Source of the DNA: Marsupella aquatica
Lineage: Eukaryota > Plantae > Marchantiophyta
Direction: 5' to 3'
DNA length: 64,000 nt
Assembly (NCBI GenBank): GCA_973895155.1
Contig: OZ316894.1
Span: 18,266,805 to 18,330,804, forward strand
Numbering within the stretch: position 1 is the first letter of the stretch; each line of letters opens with the position of its first letter. The notes beneath the pieces were generated by a model. It saw only the letters and a program-made list of their open reading frames with translations, was not told the DNA's origin and ran no database searches. This document shows, piece after piece, positions 37,626-52,187 of the stretch. A program made the translations under genes and the position numbers.

Positions 37626-39884
37626 AGGAGGTGGATTGATTTTTTGTCACGTAGGCTGATTTGTAGGAAGGGCAATTTATGGGCCCAATGTCATTGAGGG
37701 AAAACGATGCAGCGAGATTTCAGAACCTCAGGAACGGACTGGCCAATGAACAGGGCAGATCCGGCATCCGGTGTACCAATGGGAACGACGAGATTACAGT
37801 ACGGGAAGATTGGCTGCTGATGGCTGGTTGGCCACAAAGCCACGTGATGACAATAATGGCTTTTTAGATGGTTGGCAACTTGGCACTTTCAACGTTTGAA
37901 ACTGAAGCTGCAAACCATGAACTGACAAATGACTTAAGGGGTTCTAATGAGGAAAGTTGCATAGGAATCTGATGAGTTATAGGGGCTATAACCAGGAATA
38001 TTGCAAAGGAATCTAAATACTATATTATGGAATAGACCCTTTTTGTTTTTGTCTTGAAAACCGAAAGTGACCCTTAGTAGATCCATCCAAGAGAGAATAG
38101 CCATTCTACTTTGGATTATGCACCATTTTAGGGTAGCCCACAAGGGGAGACAATACCTGGGACACCCATACCAGGACCAGGAACACAAAGCTACCAGTCA
38201 GATGCCAAGGAGAAACCAATACTCCCACCACTACACCATACCCTCTACACCCTTTGTGTATGGAAGGGGGATTGACCTCGGACTTCAATACCTCTATCTT
38301 TCTCATTGTTAACTTACCAAATCTCATTCAGGCTAGAAGTTTCCATGGTCAATTGATTATGTGTAAGATTAAGGTTACCTGATTATCTTTATGAGATATG
38401 AATTACGCTTATGCAGGGAGATATGGTGGAGGCCATGTACCTCTACCATATGTTAGGGATATGATGTGTACCACTGCTCAATTCCATGTGGATACTTTCA
38501 AAAATATACATGGGGACATTTTATTTTCTTAATGAGACATAAAATTTCACAGGTGAAGAAGAGTGTCTGGACAAGGAGCATAATGAATGAACACATGTCC
38601 TTTAAGGTGAGATTTTATCTTAACTATCAGATTTTTTCCTTACCATGAGATTTTTCTTAGTCTTAGGTTTCTGTCCCAAAATGCCAGACAACTTCTTGCC
38701 TGTGAAAAGTTATGTGTCCAAGCCAAACTTATTGAAAAACTCATGTTGTTTGATCAAGAAGGGATTTAAGGTGGGTATTACGTTTTCTTCGATTTTTGTT
38801 ACTCCTCTCTAGATATTTTTGTATGGATTTTTTGTACTTTGTTTTGCACCTTTTTAATAAATTTCTTCTTTTCTTCTTTGAGAACATAGGGGAAAGTCCA
38901 TAAACGCCCAAATGAACTGCAAGAACCCTACAAGTTTCTTTTAGTGTTTATTAGTTGAAAATCTCAAAGAACAAAGAGAACTGAAGGAGAAACAATACTT
39001 GTGGTGATCACCATGTTTGACAAAGAACTTGCGTTGAATACTGCAACTTGGAAGGATCTCCTTCAACTTTTCCTTTACACTACTCATTTGTATGAACATT
39101 CACATTCTGGATTGAATATTGCAACTTGGAAGGAACATCCGTCAACTTTTCCTTTAGACTTTTCATTTGTATGAACATTCACATTTTTGTGTTAAAAGAA
39201 GTGCTTATCCACCAGGGCATATAGGTCAACAGGGTGGTCGCTTCCAGCATCAATTTCAGGAAAAAGACGACCTAAAACAATATCATCTATTTTTTAAAAG
39301 AATACAGCCCAACTACTAGTGAAAGGTTTGACCAGTGTGGTCAGCTAAGGTGGCCAGGGTTGACTTTTATGACGTTCAAACTCAGGGACAAAATTTTGCT
39401 CCAGACTTGGTCTTATGATTTATATGTGCTAACCCCTGTACTTACCTTAATTGCACAAATGATATAGAAAAATACGAATGCAAATTGGGGCTTCCTGCCT
39501 TCTATAATACTGCCATCAAGAATGGTGCACTAACGCAAGCAGATAGTCAAAATCTCTAATTATGATGACCTAAAGCAAGAGAGACATGCTTGATGAACCC
39601 CTAAATTGAAAAGCCTTACTTGCTGGAGTTTCATCAAGCATGTGTCCGTCGTGAACATTCGGAAATGGACTTTATTTGCTCTTTGGCTCATAGTCAAAAC
39701 ATTCAAAATCAGTTTCGTTTTTTTTGGTAGTTTTGCCTTAAATGCGTGGATTCTGATGACAGTAGGGTAACCAATTACACGGTTTGCTCAAAGGAGGCTT
39801 GACCCCAATGAAAAAGATGAGCGAGCACTGACAAGACAAACCACAAAACTGATGTCATTACAGTATTATTTCTTCCCTGCACGA

Positions 39885-40302
39885 AGGTACGGAGTGCACT
39901 TATAAGCGTACTGCAAAAATGAGAATCTACTGCGAATTCCTGAGATCACGTGGAAAAATCGCCAAAAATGGTTCACTTCAAACATTTGATCCAGGTTCAA
40001 TTCTACTCTAAACTATCTCAATCAGATGTAATGTATTGCACGTGCTTACAGTAATTATAAAAAACCACAATACACAAACACAAATTGGGGCTTTCCCTCT
40101 ACAGAATAACCACTTATTACACGGTTTTTAATTAACCAAAGCGACTTTTCTTTACTTACAATGGCACTTATATTATAGTGTTTAGTTTAATAATAATCAA
40201 TGAAAGTACGGAGTCCACTTATAAACACCAGGTCTTATAAACGTCCTGCAAGAATGCGAAAAAATGAGGAACCTAGTATTCGAGAGCACGTGGAAAAATC
40301 GC
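39885..40302 (+). promoter_or_regulatory. Duplicated module with G-boxes upstream of FAD7/8
   Basis: CACGTG at 39947, 40039 and 40287; two copies of gtacggagt.cacttataa ... CACGTGGAAAAATCGC; TATA-like TATTTATA at ~40530. Confidence 0.5.
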
Positions 40303-41138
40303 TCCTATTGGACCCTATTTTTCGAAGACTTCATGGGTGATCATATGGACTGGTAACTGGTCATTTCGTGGGTGTCCTCCTCCGCCCTGTCTCCCACGTT
40401 TCAACCCTTGCCCCTCAAGTCTATGGTCTCAACCAGTTCACCAGTTGGTCTCAACTCTGAACTCTCAACCTCAGCAGCAGACACGGCAAGACTCGAGAAG
40501 ACTCTTGGAGAGGAAGAAAGCTGCGCCCCTATTTATACGCATTCGGTCGTCGTGTACTGTACCTCTTTCACGGTGCAGAACTGCAGACCTCTTTTCTTGC
40601 AGACCGCTTTCTGGGTCTGCGAGAGTGCGAGAGTGCGAGGGGAGTCACGGGAGAGATCGAGCACCGGCCACGAGGTGTGCGATTTCCCCAAAGCGGTCGA
40701 GGATTTCGTTTATAGATAGACTGATAGCCTTAGCTGACGATCAGTGGTGGAAAGTCGGAAGAGGATTGTGCGGCAGGGCTCGGGTGGGCCTCTCTCTCTC
40801 TATCTCTCCTCATCAGTTCGACCGGTGAAGCAGGGCGCCGAATCTGGCGTGGGCCTCTTCATCCGGAGAGGAGTAGAAAGTGAGAGGGGAGTGATTGACG
40901 AATGTCGGCTGCAGTGTGAGGGATTGAGGAAGCAGCAGAGTTGGTTTGAGGAGGAGCATAATCTCGATCCATTTGTCGGTCGTTCGAGTGGCAGCCTGCT
41001 CAAGGGGAAGTGTGAACACATTGGTGGAGGGGTGAGCACGGGAGCAGAGAAACAGAAAGAGGGACGGAGGAGGGAAAGCTTGTCGAGTGAGGATTCTTTC
41101 GCTTTGCTCGCCAAGACGGGCTTCAGCCCGCTAGCAGG

Positions 41139-42500
41139 ATGGCGAGCTCCGTCTTGGCACGAAGTGTGTCCGTAGCAGCAGCACCGCATTCGGCTCTCGG
41201 GCTCGGTCTGTCCCTACCCACGGCGAGGGTTCAGCGGTCTTCGATGTTGGGAGATGTATCTTGTCTGCGGAGACCAGGTCTTGTTCACGGTGGACAAAGG
41301 AGTGCGGTTCGAAGTGTTAGGCCCGTAAGTTTGTTCAACTCAGACGGATTCTTCAAGACTTTCCAGAAGCGCAAATCCGTGGAGACGAATGTGGTGACGC
41401 CAATTCGGCCTGTGACGCTACCGGAGCAGGAGGGTGACGAGTTCGATTTTGCTGCTCGACCTCCCTTCACGCTTGCCGACATCAGGGCGGCTATACCCAA
41501 GCATTGCTTCGAGAAGAGCGTTTGGAGGTCGATGAGCTATCTGGTTAGGGATGTGGCCATTGTCGTCGGACTGGCAGCTGCGGCAGCCTATCTGAACAAT
41601 TGGTTCGTCTGGCCTCTGTACTGGTTCGCACAGGGGACAATGTTTTGGGCTCTATTCGTGCTGGGCCACGATTGTGGCCATGGAAGCTTCTCCAACAACA
41701 AGACTCTTAACAGTCTCGTCGGACATTTGACTCACTCATCCATCTTAGTGCCCTTCCATGGGTGGAGGATCAGTCACCGCACCCACCACCAAAACCACGG
41801 GCACGTTGAGAACGATGAATCCTGGCATCCAGTAACTGAGAGCAGGTTCAGGACTATGGACAGAGGCAGCGTTGTAGGCCGCCTCACGTTGCCCTGGGCA
41901 TTGTTCGCATATCCCTTCTATCTCTGGGGACGGAGCCCTGGTAAGGAAGGCTCCCATTTCGACCCGAAGAGTGATCTCTTCGTCCCGAATGAGAAGAACG
42001 CTGTTCTCACGTCAACAGCGTCCTGGTTCGCTATGCTTGCACTTCTTGGAGGGCTGACCTATGCATTAGGGCCTGTGTGGATGTTCAAGCTTTACTTCGT
42101 TCCTTACTGGATGAATGTGGTCTGGCTGGATGTCGTCACTTATCTTCACCACCATGGCTACGACTCGAAGGTGCCCTGGTTCAGAGGCGAGGAGTGGAAC
42201 TACATGAGGGGCGGGTTGTCAACTATCGATCGGGATTACGGCGTCTTCAACAACATTCATCACGACATCGGTACCCATGTTGTCCACCATCTGTTCCCTC
42301 AGATTCCCCATTATAAATTAATTGAGGCCACGGAAGCTGTGAAGCCCGTCCTCGGGAAGTACTACAGGGAGCCAGCGAGGTCACCAGGGCCACTCCCGGT
42401 GCATTTGATTCCCACGCTCATCAAGAGTTTCCAGGAAGATCAATACGTTAAGGACGAAGGTGACATTGTATTCTATCAATCAGATGAAGTGGAGAATTAG
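41139..42500 (+). CDS. FAD7: Plastidial omega-3 fatty acid desaturase (FAD7/FAD8-like); 453 aa, intronless
   Basis: His boxes HDCGH, HRTHH, HVVHH; [16 protein letters not shown]; Ser/Arg-rich transit peptide; no C-terminal dilysine ER motif. Confidence 0.95.
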   Translation: MASSVLARSVSVAAAPHSALGLGLSLPTARVQRSSMLGDVSCLRRPGLVHGGQRSAVRSVRPVSLFNSDGFFKTFQKRKSVETNVVTPIRPVTLPEQEGDEFDFAARPPFTLADIRAAIPKHCFEKSVWRSMSYLVRDVAIVVGLAAAAAYLNNWFVWPLYWFAQGTMFWALFVLGHDCGHGSFSNNKTLNSLVGHLTHSSILVPFHGWRISHRTHHQNHGHVENDESWHPVTESRFRTMDRGSVVGRLTLPWALFAYPFYLWGRSPGKEGSHFDPKSDLFVPNEKNAVLTSTASWFAMLALLGGLTYALGPVWMFKLYFVPYWMNVVWLDVVTYLHHHGYDSKVPWFRGEEWNYMRGGLSTIDRDYGVFNNIHHDIGTHVVHHLFPQIPHYKLIEATEAVKPVLGKYYREPARSPGPLPVHLIPTLIKSFQEDQYVKDEGDIVFYQSDEVEN

Positions 42501-43592
42501 GTTGAAGATCTGCAGCTCAATTTTTCTGGAACTCTTTCTCTCAGTCAGTTAGTCGACTGATGGCTCTGCTCCTGGACAAGCGCTCTCGTGTAATTATTTG
42601 GATACTCTTAAGCTAGGCGATGCTGTCGAAGCAGCAGCTCATGTCCCGAATGAGAATTGATGGCCAGCCTTCGGTATTATTTTCCGAGACTCTGTGGCGA
42701 GGTGCCCCACCTAATACACTTCATACAAAGGCAGGTTGGGGTATGGCACTGGGATGTTCTGGCAGTTCTTAGTTCTCCTCTGGACAACATTTTTTGTTCG
42801 AGGCGGGTGATTCTTCACCTCTGCGTCGGAGAGAGGTATTTATCCAGTTATGGCCGAGAACAAGAGAGACTCGGTAACGATTCTGCACAATGGCAAGAAA
42901 TATTTCATAGAATAAGCATCCTGTGGTCGTGTGGAATCCATCCAATTGTTCGCCATTTTTGTCCAAACGGGCTGGGGTGTGGGAACCAATTTGGAGGTTT
43001 TCGAGTAGGTTCGGAAAGCGAATCTACCGAAGAACTCGGAATTTAGCGATACAGTAGGGAGCAATTAAACCGAAACAGAAGCAGCAGTGCGCGGTCAAAG
43101 TAGACAAGTATGCACGGCAGCTGGAGTCTCCAGCCTTTCCTAGAAATCTGTTCCGCCTCATTTGTCTACGTCAATTTATTGGGATCTCAGTGTGAGTTCC
43201 CCAATTGATATGTTCGTCCAATTTTTTCCACATGACCCTCATTTGATTACGTGAATTTTATTTGGGATCTCAATGAGTTCCCCAATTGATATGTTTCGTC
43301 CAATTGCTCCAATGATTCATTTTTCCCACGGAACACTCTTCTCGCCTGAATTCCTCTGAATGTCGACCGCCTTGGCACTTGCCGTCGTTTAGAACTGTTA
43401 CGAGCCTAGCTGCTTAGTGTCAGTGGGTTCCAGCTATCACACCCTCAGGCTTCGTCAGATTTGAGCTCAGCAATTTCTGCCGCTCACATGGAGGAGGATC
43501 GTTAGTCTCTGTCAGGTTTTTGTAGATTCAGTTCTTGTGGATTATCTCTTTTTATGTGTCGCACACTCTCTGAGAGTATATGTCAGTTCTCA

Positions 43593-44243
43593 ACTGGCCT
43601 CTAAGTGCTTCTTTACGTGTGGCTCTTTCTCTGAGCATTCAAGTGGATCACCTGTTCGATTTTCATCGTCACGTTCTTTGCCCAATTCCCTGGACACAGT
43701 GGGTCAAATTTTCCCTCGCTCAATCGTCTCGCAGATTTTCATCGTCACGTTCTTTGCCCAATTCCCTGGACACAGTGGGTCAAATTTTTCCTCGCTCAAT
43801 CGTCTCGCAGTGGTTGGAGTTCATTCAACATCCATTCGCGACCTGATCAGTTGAATGTGCACTGGCCTCTAAGTGCTTCTTTACGTGTGGCTCTTTCTCT
43901 GAGCATTCAAGTAGATCACCTGTTCGATTTTCATCGTCACGTTCTTTGCCCAATTCCCTGGACACAGTGGGTCAAATTTTTCCTCGCTCAATCGTCTCGC
44001 AGTGGTTGGAGTTCATTCAACATCCATTCGCGACCTGATCAGTTGAATGTGCACTGGCCTCAAGTGCTTCTTTACGTGTGGCTCTTTCTCTGAGCATTCA
44101 AGTAGATCACCTGTTCGATTTTCATCGTCACGTTCTTTGCCCAATTCCCTGGACACAGTGGGTCAAATTTTCCCTGCTCAATCGTCTCGCAGTGGTTGGA
44201 GTTCATTCAACATCCATTGGCGACTTGATCAGTTGAATGTGCA
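43593..44243. repeat. Young 192-bp tandem repeat, 3 copies; first unit carries an extra ~76-bp internal duplication
   Basis: actggcctc starts at 43593, 43861 and 44053; copies are nearly identical. Confidence 0.92.
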
Positions 44244-46342
44244 GATGGAGTTCAGTGGACATCCAGTGTGGACTCGTGGTGTAACTGATACAGTTGAATG
44301 TCGTTCCTGTCGCACACAAGCACACAGAGCAATGCGGCGCAGCGGTTGGTCCCACTTCCCCGCATCCATCAGTGTCCCCACGCCCAAACATTCCATACAG
44401 TAGATATTTCTTTATTGGCCAATTTTTGCCAAACTTGTTACCTCCTCCACTCATTGGCTAGAAACTGCGTTCGCTGGCAGATTTTTAAAGACTGGACGAA
44501 TCGGATGGTCGTCCTTAAAACAAGGAAAGATCTAATGATTTTACACAATATCAGAAGAGTACTTTTAATAAACAAATGTTGAATGGATCCCTCCTATTTT
44601 CTCGGTAGGCATTCGATGGCTGTCCTTAATGTCCGGAAATATATACTTATTAAGATTCGGAAAGGTCTAATGGCTTTCCATAATATTAGCAATATTCGAG
44701 TAAAATGTAGGTGAGTGGCCGCCTATTTTCCCCCTAGATCCGATTCGCCACTATAACTCCGTCAAGCAGTACAGCTAATACTGTACTGGGCCACAGTCCC
44801 AGACATGAAATTTGTGATCGCAAGCACAGAAAAAATCACTGCCATCTGGTCCTGGAAATACAGTTTACGTCCGTCCGGCCATCTGTCACTTTATCGCAGT
44901 ACGTGAAATTTGTGAACACGTCTTGGAAAATTTAGAGATTTGGAGAATAAGAATTGTAACAATTTTTAATGATTTTTCAAACTGCGCTACCGTAAGGGTC
45001 CCAAGTTCACTGCCATACAGTACTGGAGCACAGTTTACGTCCGTCCGTCTGTCACTCTGTCCCAGGACGTCAAATTTGGATTGCAGGCACAGAAAAAATC
45101 ACTGGCATACGGTAGTGGAGCACGTTTACGTCCGTCCGTCGCTCAGTCGTGGAACGGTGGTCGTATGTAGCAGGTGACGTCGCTCATACCTCAAGTTGAA
45201 TTAAGTATTCATTGATGGCCTGAGCCCTGATGGGGTCATGGGGTGACTGGTGGACTGAGTCATGCTGACGCTCACTGATTCATCACTCTCACTCTTGTAG
45301 TCGTGTGGCACGAGAGCTGAAAGCAAGCTCGATGCTGTCACTTTGCGGTACTATACAAAAATCGGGGGGGGGGACTCGCACGGTTTGGACAGTACTTGCT
45401 GCCTTTTTTTGGCTGTGTCATACTTATAAACTCGGAATAGAAACTAGAGTTTGGGTCTAGGTTTGCAGCCTTTTTTTCGCTGTGTCATACTTATACAGTC
45501 GGAATAGAAACTAGAGTTTAGGGTCTAGGTTATAAAGTCTGAACAGAAATTAGAGTTGGATCTAGGTTTCTAGAGTTAGGTCTACTGTAGGTTTCTAGTA
45601 AGTCTCTAGACCATGAGAACTAAAGGAATAATAAATATAATCTATGTCAAATGATGATCATACATGATTTTTGTCATGGTTCTTATTTACATACTAACAA
45701 TGAACATTCAAGCTAGTTTTGAAAATTAGCCAAGGTGGCCTTCTATTGCTCCATTGAGTAAGAAAAGCTCACCACTAAATCTGTTTAGGAGGGCTCCCTA
45801 CTTCTCCATAGAGTACGGAAAGCAGGCCACTAAATCTGTTTAGGGCTGCAACTAATTCCCAAGAGTCTTTCCTTAGGAGTAGGACCGGCTGACAGTTAGG
45901 AGTATGTTTAGTGTAGAGTCGCCATTTTTTCTGTGGGCAAAATATAGTCAATCACTCACCTAAAAAGAAAAGCAAGTTAATGATACTCAGACTGAAGTTG
46001 AAAAAATTCTGTTTCATTTGCCACCCCTTATTGTAGTATGGGGAATGTACCCAGGAAATACCCTACAACAGTCAGAAACTACTATATAATTGAAATAAAA
46101 TACTCCATTTAACTAGACTGTCTTGTGTGAGAATCACTACAAGACAAATAAGCAAGCATGTTCCAAGATGAGCATGCTATGCCAATGCTTTGGTTGGCCT
46201 CCTTTTTTTCTGGTTGCCTCCTTCTCTCAGGCAGTCCTCGCTGTATTCGCTCTGTCTTCTCAGAATAAAGTTTTATGGGTGTCTTTCCAAAAAAAAAGAT
46301 GAGCATGCTATATCTGGAGGTGAAACAGTAGCCACCTAGGCT

Positions 46343-46652
46343 AAAGTTCAAAAACAAGAAAAAAATGAAGAAGATGTACCAGGATTTATAAATCAGGGAA
46401 AAACAATGTACAATGAGAGGAAAGAGAAAGAGTTCCAAAGAGAACAAACACCTAACCAGAAAAAAGAAAAGCAAATGATGATCATACGTTATTTTTGTCA
46501 TGGTCCCTATTTACATACTAAAAATGAACATTCAGTTTCCACCAAGTTCAGAAAAAATGAAGAAGATGTACCAGGATTTATAAATCAGGGAAAAACAAAG
46601 TACAATGACAGGAAAGAGTTCCAAAGAGAACAAACACCAAACCAGAAAAAAT
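46343..46652. repeat. Direct repeat of ~110 bp at ~190-bp spacing
   Basis: aaaaaatgaagaagatgtaccaggatttataaatcagggaaaaacaa occurs twice. Confidence 0.85.
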
Positions 46653-49600
46653 GGCTGACAGAATCCCAAAGTTTGGCAGTGTAACTTACCCTGCAACATT
46701 CTCTAGTTAGGAGTACAGGTGGCTGGTAACATTCTCTGGTTAGGAGTAAGGGTGGCTTCACAGGACCTTGGGGCACTTTCAATGTTTCTTCTAGTCCCCA
46801 AGGTGTCATCAGGGCCATCCATTGGAGAGATAGAGGATGCTGTTCACTTTACAAATAGTTGGGGGTAGATTATCATATTCTCCATGGAATGAAGTGGAGC
46901 CCAAGTTTTGCTTATATGGAACTCAATTGGCGGGATCCCTTATTATAGAAGTAAATTTGTGTCCCAGATATTAGATGGACCACCCGAGGTCTCTTCATCT
47001 GGTCACTTAGTCCATTCCTAGTTTGAAATATATTCCAAATCTATCAGAATAAAAGTGGACCCACATGCCCCACCTCGATCATATATTTGTTGGTCAGAGC
47101 AAGCTCCCTAACAAGAGAACTATCTGGCTTGAACTTGGAATGGGTCCGCAACTTGTCTCATAGCAAATTACTCTAGCACCACTTGCTCCAGTTTGCTTTA
47201 AGCACAAATCAATCTATTCATTAAAAATGAATTATTATTCAATTTATGAACATTTGGGCAATAGAAAGTGTACATTTGGCCTTCAAAAAGTGTACAATTG
47301 GGCAAGAAATAAAGTTGATGACCATTAGATGTACCACCATGTTCATCCTTTGTAAATGAACTAGGATGAGACTCCTTCTAGTCAAGATCATTTTTGCCAC
47401 CTCAAATTTACAATTGATCATTTAGGTGTAGAGTATTGTACCATAGTGTACCTTTTGGGTTTAAAAAGTGTACATTTAGAGACCAAAAAGTGAACATTTA
47501 GAGGCCTAAAAGTGAACAAAATAAAATACACTTTTAATGAATAGGGTGATACAACTGTCCCCGAAGCAAAACCTGGTGGATCCAGGTTACTAAAATGAGT
47601 GAATAATGTTCTCAACAAAGTAATAAAGGGTACACTTATGTTGGATATGGAGTCGCAAAGGAAATATTGCAGCAAACAAAGAGGAACCAATTTTAGAACC
47701 AATGAGAAGCAAATACACACTGATTCCTGCTCCCCTGATTTCACTCTATCACTCACAATCCTTTGAGCAATACTAGCGATGATACCTAATTTATTGACAT
47801 GGCATTATAGCATTTATTGACATGACATTATAGCAATTGATTATGGACCCCATGAGAAGTTCCCTTTAAAATTCCTGGATACACTTGAACCCACATAAAA
47901 ATGATTTGTCACAAGTAAGAACCATTGATTTGTCACAAGCAAGAACCATTAGTTGTGCAAGAAGAACCAAAATTGACTATTCATGTTTGAGGCAAGGCAA
48001 AGAAAAACACTGTAAACACAGTGGAAATTGAAAGTAACATTTCAATCAAGTAAACAAAGAAATGGGTAAAATAGGCATGAAAGAAAATAATGTTTGGATG
48101 AGTTGTGATTGATGAATCAGTGTTTTCTAGTAATCAGTTTCAATTTTCTATTTAATTTAAACATTTTTGAAAGAAACTATTCTAACATTTACCAAGGTAA
48201 CATACAAAACCCAAGAAATTTTTTTTCCCCTCATTATTTTTCAAGGTAGCTTAAGAAACCACTTGGTTACTATGGATAGAGGAGTAACAAACAAAGATAA
48301 GAAACACCATAACTACTATGGGTAAAGGAATACTAGGGAACTCCAAGACCTTTGAACTATTGGACAAAATAATATTTTGCGTAAATTATATGAAATATTA
48401 CATGTATTTTATAGACATAGAGATACTAAGCACAACATTTTGCATGGAAAATTACCCTCAATATTACCATGAATATATTAGTATTTATCTTCAATGAAAA
48501 TTATACTAATTACCTTCTTATTTGTCTTCAATGAAATTGTACTAACTACCTTTAAAATTCAGTTTATTCTCCAAATAGTGTGAGCAATATATATTATATG
48601 AGCAATATTTGTGCTACTGTACGTAGCACCCCAATGTTACTTAATGCGTGCAGTAGTATTGTTGGCTTGTAATGGACATTGGTAACTTTAATAGAAGCGT
48701 CTAGCCTGCAATTTGGGTCTACACCAAGTGTTACAAACACCACTTGCGATGAACAGAGTAGTTCTTTGTATAGTGTGTGGAGGGATACAAACTCTTTGGC
48801 TTCTGAATCTGGTCTTCCTGGTTGAAGCCAATAACTGTCCTAATGTACAAATCCCAAATATGTATTTTTAGTTAAAATTCGCTAAAAATGTAAAAGGTAA
48901 ATATGGTATTATAAACTAGAAATTTATAGAAAATTCTCTAAAATATAATATATATTTTTTGATAAAAGAAATATTTACATTAGGCTAAGATTATATGTGG
49001 TATCACAATACACACGAAGTTAACCTCCCTGCATGCCACAGTCATTCATCTCAATTTTCTGAGAGTGAGTCGCACAATGTCTTTTCTTGGGGTCATGAGT
49101 TCATCATATAATTCTGAGTAGCAGCGTTCAGCAATACTTTAGACATCTTTCAAAGTCCTAAAAAAATGAACAATCAAATGATATGTTTGAGAATGAAGCC
49201 AAATTAATCCCCAATTCTGGGGAGATACTCTGGTTGGGTGTTTTTGCGTCAAATCACAGCACACCTTAAAACTATGCTTGACATTTGTCACTCTGAGAAG
49301 AAGAATAAATAGCTTAGAAATGCCATTGATCAACTCCAGATTGTCTCAAGCCATGAGAGACTACTGAAAGGCCAATAGCACTGAACACTACAGATGCACT
49401 TGGTTGACAAAGCTTACAACAAGAGGAGTGGGATTTACATCCGTTTCAGGACACTAGTATTGTTCACCATATCAAGGCCTCACTGTGGTTGAACTGCGAT
49501 GGACTTATTTAAAATAGGAAGCAACTTAGTTATAGAAACCCGAACATGACAATGCACATGACAGCTAGTAAGAGGAGGCTGAAGTCTACAGTTACTTAGC

Positions 49601-50825
49601 TCTTGCTATCAACGTTACTTCTTGAGAACCTTGTTTGTGGTAGTAGTAAGCTGAACAGGATGAAGAACTTTTGGGACGCTCGTGGAGCCACCTGATGGTG
49701 GCTTGTCAGGGTTTCATTGCCCTACTAGTTTCTGTGGCCCTTTGGGCCGGCCTGTGTGTCTTCCCAGGAGCTGTATCCGGTCTGTTCCTTTTGATTGGAA
49801 GGCTTGTGTTCCTTCCCTTGGTATCGATGGACTTCACACTGTCTCATTCAGTCACTTCTGTATACATCTTACTAGTAATTCGCTAAGAGAAGCTAGAGTT
49901 GGGGTCTAGGCTTCTAGAGTGAAGCCTCTAAGCCAGGCCATAACTCTAGGGTCCAACCAAATGTAGGTGGATGGAGAGCAAGATGGGATGTCAAAATGAT
50001 GATCATTCATGCTTATTTTTGTCACGTCTCTATTGTCATTCAAAGCAATGGGCATTCATGGGGCATTCATGCTCATCTTCAAAGTGCAAAATGATGATCA
50101 TTCATGCTTATTTTTGTCATCGTCTCTTTTGTGATTCAAAGAATAGGCATTCAGGTCGGTCTTCGAAGTGCTGTAAGTTTTGGTGAGACATTGACCACAT
50201 CATGATTCTCTCAAATATGTTCAAGGATATCTTGTCACTGGCTAGAAGCGTTTCTCTTCAATATTCCTTGTTCACTTGAAAGCTTAAATTGGTCGTGCAG
50301 CCTTTCAATCTCGTTTCTTGACTGTTTCTCCACCTCTTTTTCCCTCTCGTACTTGTTGCTCCCCATTATCTGTTTTCTGCCATCATTTCTTTAGTATCTC
50401 GAATGGTTTTCTGGTTTCGAGGAGACATGAAGTGGAAACAATTAGACATCCAAAGCAGGAAAATGACGAATTTGTATGGGTGTCTCTACAGTTTCACTTT
50501 GTCTGTCTATTTCTACGAATGGAGAATTGGACAGGTTGAGCTAAGTTGCTGTAACTTAATGGCCACGTTGTTATATCCACACTTCGCTTCCAGTCCTTCG
50601 ATAGCACGAGAGTTCTGTCGTGCAGATGAAATTTGACACCACTCTTCTCAATGTGATGGCTTCAGTAGCTGGGGATTTGTTCTGAGTAGGGGTTGTTGTT
50701 GGATACCCAGACGGGAGTTGGAGCTGTCCTTTCTTTCGCTCAACTGGTTCTTTCTCTTGTGCCTAGAAGTGCACGCCGTGTAAGAGTTCTTGGGGTTGAT
50801 TCGGAAGTGGGATTGGACTTCTCAG

Positions 50826-51231
50826 GATCGCTTTCAAGATCAGGACTGTGGAGCTTGATGGGACATCGTTAAATTGCAGATATGGGATACTGCGGGCCAA
50901 AAACAATTCCGACCAATCACCACAGGCTGAAGTCTAATTGTCGAACGTTTGGGCAATTGAGCTTAATCCCCTTTTTTATTTGTAGTGAGGCTCTATGTCG
51001 ATTGGGCCTGGCTCGTTGACACTAATTTTTTCATTCGTGCATTTGATTTGTTACCTGACTGATGAATCAAGCTCTGCATGGAATAACGTGGTGAAAGTTG
51101 CCTGAGCTGATCTATTCGAAGAATCTGGCGTCGTCACGTGCTAAGAATGGGCTATCGCTTGCAGCTCACTATGGGGGACCAATGGGAAAATTACTTGTCT
51201 ACGATGTAACGAACGAGTCTTCGTTCAACAG
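50826..51231 (+). pseudogene. RabE/Rab8 GTPase two-exon pseudogene fragment
   Basis: FKIRTVELDG(frameshift)VKLQIWDTAGQKQFRPITT, an intron, then AHYGGPMGKLLVYDVTNESSFN; degenerate relative to RabE [36 protein letters not shown]. Confidence 0.85.
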
Positions 51232-52187
51232 TACTGTTTTCTTCTCCTCTGACTTGATATAATTTGCAATTTGGAAACTTGCTTGACAGGCTAAGCTCAA
51301 ATCGGTAACGAGTTTGAACTTTACCCTAAACTCGCGTAAGACCGCGAGTTCCCATAAATTCTATCTAAATCTTGTTTTTCATGAGACCAGATGAATTTAT
51401 ATATTTACCTACGTCTGGTTGATACGCATTGTTTCCTGGGCCATGTGAAGGGACGGGATTTACTTCCGATTTGCTTGGACGATGTGGCAACTTGCACTCA
51501 ACATCAGTCTAGTAGGACACATCATTCTGACTCACGACAAAGGCGTGATTGCCTGCTGTAATTTGTGAGAACTAACTTGTGTCCGACAAGCCAGTATTTG
51601 GATTGTATGGAGCAGAAGACAAGTTACAATAATGGAGTCACTGATGCCGATGTCTGGAAATCGAAATGAATTTTTTTTAACGTAGCACTACGGCAATGCT
51701 TTTCGTGGCTGATGCATTCTCAGTAGGATTGGACTTCTATTCGTCATCACTAACAAAACCCTGCTGCACACGAACGAATCTATTCCCACGTATCCATTGG
51801 GACTACAAAGCGCACAAACGAAGACTCCTCTTCCACCCGGCTTGGCCAAGCCTAAGATCAACACAGGTGTCACAAAATCACAAAATCTGAACCAACAGAG
51901 GTACATATTTTCTGTACCTCTGATTCCATGGTCTATGTTAAGGAGGTCTCAACAAATAATTTTCATTCTTATACTAATCAACACAACCGAAGCAGACCGA
52001 TTCACAGACTGACTGCTACAACAGCTGAATTCGCGTTCCAAGCTGAGGAACAAGACCGGAAACTCTTGAAATCCATAGAACATTCGATTTTAACAAGGAG
52101 GACAATTGAAGTCAGTTGAGATTGGATTGACATAGCGACCGAATCAATCGATAAATATAAGAATTGGATATGCCGAAAGGATAGTAC

